Source: Mobula hypostoma (lineage: Eukaryota). From it: a stretch of 64,000 bases of DNA. The notes under the pieces were generated by a model that had not been told where the DNA came from, did no database searches, and saw only the letters and a list, made by a program, of their open reading frames with translations. The stretch's first letter is position 1; each line of letters opens with the position of its first letter. Positions 39,885 to 49,940 of this stretch are shown here, piece by piece. The DNA lies in the NCBI RefSeq assembly GCF_963921235.1, contig NC_086097.1:23004001-23068000 (forward strand), given 5' to 3'. Made by a program: the position numbers and the translations under genes.

Positions 39885-40459
39885 CAGACATCCCACCTCT
39901 CCCGGAACTTCTGGCAGTCTCCCGCATATTAATAATGGCTCCCTGATGCCCACAAATTATATACAATATCATGGAAATCAATTTTTTTGAGAGTGAGCGA
40001 GAGAAAAGCAACAGAGAGTGAGAAAGCGCGAGCGAGCGAACAAGAGAGAAAGCAAGCGAGAGCGCCTGAGAGCGTGCGAGCGACCACGAGAGAGAGCGAG
40101 CGAGAACGCGCCATGGCAGAGTGTTCCAAAAAATATAAAACATACGTCACCCCAGACTACACTAAAGTGTACCCCTGCCTAATAGGGGTCAAAAATAATG
40201 ACAGTGTTGCTCGCTGCACTGTTTGCAACAGTGACTTTTCTATTGCCCATGGTGGGTTAAGACTGTAAAAGACATGCTGAGGTGAGTTTAACAGGTGTCA
40301 TTCATTCATTAGCATAGCTAACATTATTTAAACTAGCTGGCTAGCTGCTAAGGAGCTACTCTATTGCAGACATCCCACCTCTCCCGGAAGTTCCAGGAGT
40401 CTCCTGCAAATTGATGGTGCTACCTCCCTGAAATGAGTTTTTGCAGGGTGGGATGTCTG
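39885..40459 (+). mobile_element. Non-autonomous hAT-superfamily transposon with 6-bp TSD
   Basis: 13-bp TIRs CAGACATCCCACC / GGTGGGATGTCTG. TSD CTACTC at 39879-39884 and 40460-40465. An internal second copy of the left end starts at 40367. Confidence 0.88.
40113..40281 (+). pseudogene. Transposase first exon remnant (BED-type zinc finger), frameshifted
   Basis: Kozak GCCATGG, then MAECSKKYKT...ARCTVCNSDFSIAHGGL, a frameshift, DCKRHAE, and a GTGAGT donor. Confidence 0.65.
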
Positions 40460-41335
40460 CTACTCACTGGAGTTCAGAAGAATGAGGGGTGACCTTGTTG
40501 AAACCTACTGAATGTAGAAAGGCCTTGATAGAGTGGATGTGGAGAGGGTATTTCCTGTGGTGGGAGAGTCAAAGACCAGAGGACACAGCCTCAGAATAGA
40601 GGAGTGTCCTTTTAGAATGGAGATGAGGAGTAATTTCTTCAGCGAGAGAGTGGTGAACCTGTGCAATTTGTTGCCACAGGCAGTTATGGAGGCCAAATCA
40701 TTGGGTATATTTAAGGCAGAGGTTGATAGATTCTTGATCATTCAGGCAATGAAGGGATATGAGGAGAAGGCAGAAGATTGGGGCTGAAAGAGAAAATCAA
40801 TTATTCATGATGAAATGGCAGAGCAGACTCGAAGGACCAAATAGACTAATTAAATTCCTATATCTTATGGTTTTATGCACCATGTATACACGCCATCAGA
40901 ACCACCACTTGGAAAATAGCTTCTGGCTTGATGTCTGGAGCCATAAATCTACTTAGGCCTGATTGATAGAGTATGTCAATGTGTAATTCAAGGAAGGGGG
41001 GACAGATTATGTCCATGATACCATTACAGATGAAATGAAGTGCTTACCAGTCCAACTTCTAATATGCATAGGCAGCTTAAATGATGAAACGGGGTTGATG
41101 AATATCTGGACTGCAAGTAGCCTAAATCTACTGCACCACATTCATAAAGACCACACAGAGAAATTGATGTTTTATCCTTGGGGAAGTAGAATGATGCTAC
41201 AGGATGTTTACAGACGGTTCCATCTCTGTATCCTGTACAAAAGTTGGGACGGCTCGCTGCTCACAACAAACAGCGAGATGAGAAATCCACTACGAAGTGA
41301 TGAACTACTTCTTTACAGGTATATGGGTTCTCATC

Positions 41336-41368
41336 CTGATGAAGGGTCTCGGCCCGAAATGTCAACTG
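41336..41368 (+). ncRNA. Hammerhead core in a 5'-truncated Penelope fragment (stem I 5' arm missing)
   Basis: CTGATGA-AGGGTCTCGGCCC-GAAA-TG-TC-AACTG followed by the family tail to ~41435. Confidence 0.5.
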
Positions 41369-41729
41369 TTTACTCTTTTCCATAGATGCTGCCTTGCCTG
41401 TTGAGTTTCTCCGGCATTTTGTGTGTGTTGCTTTCGATTCTAGTGGTCATCTTTTTTTTAACCAGTAATCAGAAGTTCTCCCCAACAGGAGCTGGGGATG
41501 AAGGAAGACAAAATATAAACAAAAATGTGGTGTTATTTGATGCCAATAACAATTTTCTACCTTTATTCCTGAACAACTTTGTGTTCAGTGTGTAGTACTA
41601 ACAGTGAATGTGCCAATTTTGGCTCTGGCATCATGCCTGTTGTGTAAAGGTTGTGGTAGTTTCTGCATGCTGATCTTCCCAAATAAGATTCATTTTCTTT
41701 TTTCCTTTTCTCTTCCATGACCCACGCAG

Positions 41730-42031
41730 CCAGGGAAGACAACTCTGCAACATTCCGAGGATCGGAGTACTTCTGTTATGACCTGTCGCAGAACCCCATC
41801 CAGAGCAGCAGTGATGAGATCACCCTGTCCTTCAGGACCTGGCAGCGAAACGGGCTGATCCTGCACACAGGGAAGTCAGCTGACTATGTAAACCTAGCGC
41901 TGAAAGACGGAGCAGTTTCACTAGTCATTAACCTGGGATCTGGTGCTTTTGAGGCGTTGGTTGAACCAGTAAATGGGAAGTTCAATGACAACGCCTGGCA
42001 CGATGTCAAAGTGACACGCAATCTGCGACAG
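41730..42031 (+). CDS. NRXN3: Neurexin-3-alpha coding exon (N-terminal part of LNS domain 2), 302 nt, phase 1 to phase 0
   Basis: Encodes (A)[100 protein letters not shown]. Polypyrimidine tract with cag acceptor, and CAG|gtaatg donor. The residues [12 protein letters not shown] and KDGAV favour NRXN3 over NRXN1. Confidence 0.95.
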
Positions 42032-43327
42032 GTAATGGTGGAGCCGCGTGTTAAGCTGCTAAACAGAAAAAAAACACAGGCAGGATGGGAAGAGATAAAA
42101 TGAAGTGGTCATGTTCACGTAAAACGACACAGGTCAATCTATGTATCCTTTCCCCCTACCTTTCCTCCTCCCTCCAGAGAAAAAAAAACTTTGCTAATGG
42201 TTTATTTTACAGCCCATTTTCTTTACCTTTCTTCATTCTCAGTTTAGTTTGTTTGGTGTCCTATCTTCAAAAAGCTTGATGGCTTTTATTTCCTAAATTT
42301 CTGGTTCCCATGGTTCTGTTGAGGCTTTCAATCTGGTTCCCTTATTTTGTGATGCATTTCTTATTATTTATTGGTTTTAGTTGTTTTAACCATTTTCATG
42401 AACGAAGGCTTAGTTTTTTGGGCAATAACGTTGTATGCTGGAATGATTGTAAACTCATGTTTTCTACACGGCTGGCTGCAATTCTTTTCCTTTGTCTGTA
42501 TATGTGAGTGATTTTCTTAGCTCGGACTGGAGCACTAATTATCCTTGTGTTGACCCATTTTACTTCATTCTTTGCTTCCTTAGGCAGAAATCTCTGTCAG
42601 GGGCCATCACTTTTCTTGATGGCTTTGGACGACTGAATGCTCCTGTTAATAATAACCTCACCCTGTAAAGGTCCCAGGACTAGTGACACTGATTATGCCT
42701 TCTGCAAGAGAGCTTCAAGAAATCAAGCCTGTTTCTTATTACTGCCTGGCAGTATTGCTGTTGAACTTTAAACGAGAGTCAGTACTGGTGTTTTTTCTCA
42801 ATGGTTAAATGGAGGGTGTTGTCTCTTTCTGCCTTAGAGTATCTCCAATAGTACTTTTGGATATTGTGTTGTAATTAAATTGGTCTACTGGTTTGTTTAT
42901 TTCTAGGAAGATTCAATTAAGTTAGAAAGAGGAATTGTAGCTTGATTATATGTAACCAGGACAACATTTTGAGATTATAGCCCTGATGTAAACCAGATTT
43001 TCCAAATTAAGTCCCACTAAGGTTGATAATGAAAGAACATTGACAATGACACATTGACGGCGCTAATAAGCTAATCCAGTTTTAGGATCAATTTCAGGAT
43101 TTAATAAAGTCTGGTTTGTGGTAATGCTAATGTTTTTGATGAGGCATACAAAACTAAGCTTACTGTTTTTTTAAAAAGAAATAGAGGTCACTGTGTCATT
43201 TGATGAAAAAAAAATTAATTAATGACAAAGAGTTGTTGAGAACTATTTTACTCGTTTTTTGGTCTGCTTTGGTCCTGTAAATTTGTTGCATCTTCTCTAT
43301 ATGTCAATGACACGCTTTTAAAAAGAA

Positions 43328-43394
43328 ACTAACACTAATCATTCATGGAATGTGTCATTTTACTAACCGTTACCTAACCAACTAATGTACTAAC
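43328..43394 (+). promoter_or_regulatory. Cluster of ACTAAY / branch-point motifs upstream of the SS2 exon
   Basis: ACTAAC 43328, ACTAAT 43334, TACTAAC 43361, CCTAAC 43373, ACTAAT 43381, TACTAAC 43388. Confidence 0.7.
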
Positions 43395-43479
43395 ACCCGA
43401 ATTATCATCATGTTTTATTTTAAGTAACAATCGTTCTGTTCACAATTTTTAATTTCCTTTCTTCCCCTTTTCCGCAAAG

Positions 43480-43524
43480 CACTCAGGCATTGGACACGCT
43501 ATGGTAAACAAACTACATTGTCTG
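43480..43524 (+). CDS. NRXN3: Neurexin alternative splice site 2 mini-exon: 24 nt (HSGIGHAM, ends 43503) or 45 nt (HSGIGHAMVNKLHCL)
   Basis: Polypyrimidine tract and aag acceptor. CACTCAGGCATTGGACACGCTATG|GTAAACAAACTACATTGTCTG|gtagat matches the known 8-aa and 15-aa SS2 inserts. Phase 0 at both ends. It is absent from the ORF track. Confidence 0.95.
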
Positions 43525-43902
43525 GTAGATATCATTCTTATTGTCTCTTTTTTTGGGTTTGCCGTGTGTTCCCCTCTTCCTCCCCCCCTTCCTTTTTTTT
43601 GTTCAGTGTAGACACCATTACAATGAGGAAATGGGGTTGGTATCTCACCGCTTACTTCAGTCACCTTTTTTCTCTTTCCCGTTTCCTTTCCTCCTCCTAC
43701 CACAACCAGTTTGTTTCGTTTCTCTTTTGCCAGTTTTTCTTTTCCTTTTTTCTTTCTCGTTACCACACACTTAGTTCAGACCATCGTAGGGCCTTTAGCC
43801 TAAAGAGCGAGCCTCTGCGTCACTTGGTAGTGGCTCTGGGCTAACTGACCAGAGCTCAGTTATCCCCAGGAATGGGCTCTGCCAGCTACATTATGTACAT
43901 AG

Positions 43903-44389
43903 TGCATGGCATGAACAAATTTAAACTTCAGTGTTACTGGGAAAAAAAGAAGACCCCAGAACAACCTCCATCCAACATCTGCCTTCTAACCTACTTCCAC
44001 TAACATGTCTATTGTTAACCTCTTCCTCCTCCTTTTCCCCTGGACTTTCCTTTGTCCACTGCATACACACCACCCCTCCTATCCCTCTCATGTGTTTATC
44101 TGCATGCTAGTGACAGCAGTGCGACTGTAGCTTCCCTCCCCCCAACCCTTGTTCCATGGCTTTGGTTTTTTGCATGAGTGTGTCGAGTTTGGCACATGCA
44201 TGATTTTTCCTTTGGTTTGGTTTTCTTTTTGGTTTCTTTTCTCTTTAGTTTTATTTTTTTTCTGAGTTAAGAACGAGGTGATGCAGCTGCTCACAGTGAT
44301 GAAGTTGGTGACTTTTTTCATAGTTGAGCTTTTGACTCATGTCATGCACATTCATGCTGTGGACGGTAAGAGTTCTCTCCTAATGCATG
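43903..44389 (+). promoter_or_regulatory. RBFOX-type TGCATG cluster downstream of the SS2 exon
   Basis: TGCATG at 43903, 44101, 44171, 44197 and 44384, plus GCATG at 43909. Confidence 0.7.
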
Positions 44390-44832
44390 CTTGTTAGTGT
44401 TCAAATAAAACTTAGAGCGGGGACAAGAATTACAAAAAAAAACTCTCTGATTGATTTCTCCAACTCAAGTATTTTTTAAAAGAAATAAATTGGCATAAAA
44501 CAATAGATGGTTCCATTTTCTTGCCTGGACTATTCTGCACTGTTCTCATATGATATAAAAACACAGTTTGGACCAATCCAAGTGGAAATCATGGATAAGG
44601 AGCAAGAACCTACAAGCATGGGCAAAGTAAATGAAAAAAAGTTCTGCTACAACTTTATCGACTGTATAAATACAGACCAGAAAATGGGACTTCCAAGTAT
44701 TCACTCAAAGATTAGGATCAAAATGTAAAGCAGAGATAAACACGAAAAGATTAATAAACTCAGGCAGGTGCCAGACAGCACAATGTGTAAAGGTCACTGT
44801 TGGCCATTTTCTTCATTATATCCTTTGAATAG

Positions 44833-44994
44833 GTCACCATTTCAGTGGACGGTATCCTCACTACGACGGGTTATACCCAAGAAGACTACACCATGCTGGG
44901 GTCTGATGACTTCTTCTACGTTGGTGGAAGTCCTAGTACAGCAGATCTGCCTGGCTCTCCTGTCAGCAACAACTTCATGGGATGCCTCAGAGAG
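44833..44994 (+). CDS. NRXN3: Neurexin-3-alpha coding exon (C-terminal part of LNS domain 2), 162 nt, phase 0 to phase 0
   Basis: Encodes [54 protein letters not shown]. Acceptor aatag|GTC, donor GAG|gtagag. It joins in frame to the upstream exons. Confidence 0.96.
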
Positions 44995-45775
44995 GTAGAG
45001 AGTCGGTTAATTGAATCTATTGTATTGTTGTGAATTTGATAATTGTACATTATATTGAGATTACAGTGCAGAAACACGGTCTTCTGCACTCTAACACTTG
45101 GTTGTCTATGCCTGTGTCTATTTCCTGTTACGGATGCATGGAGCAAGAGCGCCAACAGACCAGTATGATTAATGATTAATGTCATGTTAATAGTGGTACA
45201 TGCTGGGTAACTTATGGTGCGGGAGCCCGCTGAGGCAGAACGCACACTTGAAAGCCCGTGTCCACGCACAGGGGACCCAGTTGATTCACTCCACGGCCAG
45301 ACGGCTGCATACTCACTTGCCACATTCTCGCAATTGATCAGAGATGATCGTGTCCCACCAGAAGCCCCTTCAGACCGATGTCATCTGAGCTTAATCACAC
45401 GCGGTAATGCTCGTCAATGTTTTTGTCTAGACTTCCTGTGAATGCATCTGCGCTACTTGCTTAAGTTAATCCATGCGGTAGCAAGCTCCACGTTCAGTCT
45501 TATTCCCCTTCGGATTTTTCGGTCGTCACATTTATACCATCTGGATTTGGACACTTTCCTAACTCCACGTGTGAAAAAATGTGTTTTTTATACGTAAACT
45601 GTTAATTTCGTTATCATTTTAAAGGCTTCACTTAGGCCAAAGAAACTTAGAAATCTAGAGCAGCAAAAGCGGCCGTTCATCCCATCATATTCAGGCTGGG
45701 CACTTCTCCAATGCTTCAGCTTGCGTGGTTTACCTTCACGGTTACAACCACTGAACTCTGCTGCCATGCTTACTG

Positions 45776-46045
45776 GGTGGCACGGTGGCATAGTGGTGAG
45801 CACGCACTTTACCGTGCAGCCAGCAGAGGTTCATCTCCCGCTGCTTCCTGTAAGAAGTTCGCACGTTCTCCCCTTGACTGCGTAGGTTTGCTCCGGGTGC
45901 TCCAGTTTCCTCCCACAGTCCAAAGGCACACTGGGCGATAGGTTAATTGGTCCTTGTAAATTGTCCTGTGTTTAGGCTATGGTTAAATTCGGTGATTGCT
46001 GAGCAGCGTGGCTCGAAGGGCGGATTCCGCACTGTATATCAATGA
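45776..46045 (+). mobile_element. V-SINE (HE1-like)
   Basis: gggtggcacggtggcatagtggtgagcac...gcacgttctcccc...ctccgggtgctccagtttcctcccacagtccaaag. Confidence 0.8.
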
Positions 46046-46544
46046 AAAAGAATGTTTTTGACATCCTGCCTGGTGGTAACATTTGAAATGAATGAAAATG
46101 GGGACTGGTTGGTGGTGGTGGAAAACTGAGGAATTTGGTGAAAGATGTGAAGAGCTGATGCCAAACAGTGACATGACATGGGAGAGAAGAAACATCAGCT
46201 GACACTTTGCCGTATGGGTCTGCTTTTTCCCCATCCTTACAGAATATGACATCTGGTAAGTTTGCCATTGCTTTTGTTGACAGAGGTGCTGATGCCATTC
46301 AAGAAATTGTAATGCATCATTAGCTTTACAGCTTCACTCAGCTGTTGTAAACAGTGTCACATTGCTGCAAGATCTTAAGATCATCAACAGGCACATTACA
46401 ATATTGACCCATCTAGATTCGTAGCAACAAGTAGTAAAGAAAGTGGCTACTCAGCACATTGACCTGATGTCGGGACATTGAAAGGACTCTCCAATCACCC
46501 TGGAGCATTTTTTCCTTTTCTCACAACTTTACAGGTTGTCTTTT

Positions 46545-47910
46545 TCAATCATAAAACAGAGGAACAGAATTAGGCCATTCAGCCCGTCGAGTCTGCTCTG
46601 CATTTTCCTGTATTAGAACCTAAAACAGTATAGCATGGTAAAGGCCCTTCAGCCCAAAATATTGTGTGGACATTTTAATCTGCTCTAAGATCAATCTAAC
46701 CCTTCCCTCCTCACTGAGTCAGAGACTCATAGATACATAGAAAACTACAGCACAGAAACAGGCTCTTCAGCCTATCTAGTCTGTGCCGAACCATTTAAAC
46801 TGTCTACTCCCATTGACTTGCACCCAAACAAGTTATGGGGATAAGGCAGGAACTGGATACTGATTGTGGATGATCAGCCATGATCACAGTGAATGGCAGT
46901 GCTGGCTCGAAGGGCCGAATGGCCTACTCCTGCACCTATTGTCTATTGTCTAAACCATAGTCCTCCATACTCCTCCCATCCATGTACCTATCCGAACTTC
47001 TCTTAAACTTTGAAATCAAAATTGCATCCACTACTTGCACTGGAGGTTCATTCCACATCTCACCACTCTCTCAGTGAAGAAGGTTCTCCTCATGTTTCCT
47101 TCAATCACTTCATCTTTCACTCTAGTCTCACCCAACCTCAGTGGAAAAAGTCTGTTTCATAATTTTGTGTAACTCTATCAAATCTCCCCTCAATCTTCTA
47201 TGTTCGAGAGGATAAAGTTCTCACTTATTCAATCTTTCCTTATAACTCAGGTCCTCCAGTCCTGACAATATCCTTGTAGATTTTCTCTGTACTCTTTCAA
47301 TCTTACTTACATCTTTCCTGTAGGTTGGTGACCAAAACTGCACACAATACTCCAAACTAGGCCTCACCAACATCTTATACAACTTCAACATCCCAACTCC
47401 TACTTTTGATTTATGAAGGCCAATGTGCCAAAAGTTTTTTTTACAACCCTATCTACCTGTGATGCCACCTTGAATGAATAATGGACCTATATTCCCAGAT
47501 CCCTTTGTACTTTAGTGCTCTGCCGCTCTCTATGTAAGTGAGTGCAACCTCTCAAATTGGTCCTCCCAGATTGCAATGCCCCATACTTGTCTGCATTAAA
47601 TTCCATCTGCTGCTTTTCTGCCCATTTTTCCGTCTGGTCCAGATCCTGCTGAAGACTTTGATAGGCTTCTTTGCTGTCAACTACACCCCCAATCTTGGTG
47701 TCATCACAGACTTGCTGATTCAGTTAACTACAGATTAACCACATCCAGATTGTTGATATTGATGACAAACAACAGACCATGGCCCTCCGTTTTCCTTTCA
47801 CCCATGTGCCTAGGAGTCTCTTAAATGTCCCTAATGTATCTGTCTCTACCACCACCCTGGCAGTGCGTCCCACACGCCTACCAATCTCCTTGTTAAAAAA
47901 CCTATTTATC
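46545..47910 (-). mobile_element. Cluster of nested CR1/HER1 fragments
   Basis: Several 3' tails plus an ORF2 end (reverse complement encodes LYKMLVRPSLEYCVQFWSP). A + strand tail is inserted at ~46830-46952. Confidence 0.75.
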
Positions 47911-48540
47911 CAATTCACCTTTGAAAATTATTGTTGAATCTTTTTCCAGTACTAGAGCATTACAAATCATAAGGACTTGCAGTGTTGGTACTTCTGGAGA
48001 GCGAGATTAGATTTTGAGTATTGTGAAATTTTCAAGAAACATAGAAGAGTGCTTAAGGTTCATATGTGGATTGCAATAAGAACTCGTTGACTCACCTATT
48101 GTGAAGGATTAATTACTCATTACCACTTGACAATGAGAACAAAGAAATACTATAACCTTACAAAACAAGTGTGGATTATTGTCAAAAGGCTCAGTGGGAA
48201 TTGTGTGTCATGATGCATGATTTAAACCACAGGTTTTGGGGAATCATTTCAATATATGTGAGCTCAGCACATACATACAAAACTCCGATTAGACAAATCA
48301 GGCGAAAGAAAAATTCAACCAACAATTGTGCGGCATTATTTCAGTCTGCCCTCAGAGGAGATGGCTCATTTTAATGCTAATAAACTGAACTGAATAGAAA
48401 TATTTGAAACAAAGTGAATTAACTTAAAAATAAGCTACTTTATTCTCAAGGAGCATGTTTCTGATTTGTACTCCCAATGGTGAGTCTCACTCACCAGGAA
48501 AACGTAGCAGAGATTTGGTCACACTATGTCATAAACACTG

Positions 48541-48756
48541 CCAGCTGGTGGCGTAGTGGCATCAGCGCCGGACTTTGGAGCGAAGGCTCCCGAGTTCGAA
48601 CCCAGCTGGCTGCCTTGCATGCTTTCCATCCATTCTGGGTTGAGCGTCGAGCTAGCAACTTGGCCTCGTAAAAATAAGAAAGCCTGCTAAAAAAATGCCG
48701 TCATGACGGTGTCCCGATGACTCCACTCAGAGTTAAGGGCTTTGTTCTTCTTCTTC
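48541..48756 (+). mobile_element. Full-length tRNA-derived SINE with (TTC)n tail
   Basis: A box TGGCGTAGTGG, B box GAGTTCGAACC, tail GTTCTTCTTCTTC. Perfect 15-bp TSD ATGTCATAAACACTG at 48526-48540 and 48757-48771. Confidence 0.9.
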
Positions 48757-49286
48757 ATGTCATAAACACTGGAGATTCTGCCGATGACAGAAATTGTGTG
48801 CAACACACACAAAAACTGCATGAGGAATACAGCAAGTTGGGCAGTATCTGTGGAAGTGAATAAACAATCAATGTTATGGGCCAAGACACCTAGATATATT
48901 TTCAGATTTAAGAGATGCAGCAAGGTAACAGGGCATTCTGGTCCAGTGAGCCCTTGCTGCCCAATTACACACATGACAAATTAACTTAATCACTCATACA
49001 TCTTTGGAATGTGGGAAGAATCCAAAGCACTCGACCGCAGAGAGAATGTACAAATTCATTACAGACAGAGGTGGAATTGAGGCTAGTTCACTGGCGCTGT
49101 AGTAGCATTACGCCACCGTGATTCCTGATGAAGGATCTCGGCCTGAAGCGTTACCTGTTTATTTCCTTCCTCAATGCTGCCTGACTTGCTGAGTTCTAAC
49201 GTGCTGGACACACCATGTGTACATTTCTCTAACAACTAATTTAACTGGTCAGAATATCAATGCTAAACACGTTGCAATTTAAAATA

Positions 49287-49940
49287 CAGTACTGTGCAAA
49301 AGTCTGTGGCACACAAGATTTTTAATATAAATTTTGTTTTAGATGTTTATTTTATGTCTTCTACCAGTAGAAAATAGAAGATTTTAGATTTCAATGCATT
49401 CATTTTCCAAAAAATTAAATGTTACAGAGAAATTTTTGTATTTCATTTAAGAAAGTAACATATTAAGTAATAGACCACTTTTCAAATAAAAACACAAATT
49501 ATGTTGTAGGTATAAAGCCCAGTGCATGATTAAACAAAGAGAATAACCAGGTGCTAATGATCAATGACATAGTGATTCGAATGAACTAAACTGATTAACT
49601 GAAACAGAAACGGGTGTAGAAGGAATCAAACTGGAAGGACAACTAATCTAAGAAGCAAGCAAGACAGCTCAGGTCTGCAGAACTGTGGTAATTTCTCCAA
49701 GATGCTTGGAACAACCTACCAGTTGATTTTCTTATTAAGCTGCCCAACAATGTACCAAACAGAATTGATGTAGTTTTAAAGGCAAAGGGTGGTTACACCA
49801 CATATTGATTTGATTTAGTTTTATACTGTTACTGCTCTTAATTTTTTTCAGAGTTAGAAATGTTTCATTTTATTATTTTTGACAGTGTCTTCACTTTACA
49901 GGTTTTCTTTATATGTGCCTAAGACTTTTGAACAGTACTT
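49287..49940 (+). mobile_element. Internally deleted Tc1-like transposon
   Basis: TIRs CAGTACTGTGCAAAAGTCT / AGACTTTTGAACAGTACT. A remnant of the transposase C-terminus (LQDAWNNL...RIDVVLKAKGGYT) is present. Confidence 0.8.

Larger units (their letters stand above)
39655..40870 (+). mobile_element. CR1/HER1 LINE 3' fragment, interrupted by a hAT element
   Basis: MRPHLECCEQFWAPYLRKDVLTLERVQRRFTKMIPGLKGLSYEE resumes after 40465 (ctggagttcagaagaatgagggg) and runs to the 3' tail. Confidence 0.88.

Noticed and set aside
41717..42103. ORF-track 128-aa protein as a standalone gene
   Set aside because: The ATG and the C-terminal tail are intronic read-through. Only 41730-42031 is bounded by splice sites and matches neurexin.
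42584..42670. Cryptic exon after ttgcttccttag
   Set aside because: The acceptor is plausible but there is no convincing donor (AAG|gtccca) and no supporting motif context.
48540..48610. tRNA gene
   Set aside because: The anticodon and T stems do not pair properly, and it is followed by a SINE body, tail and TSD.
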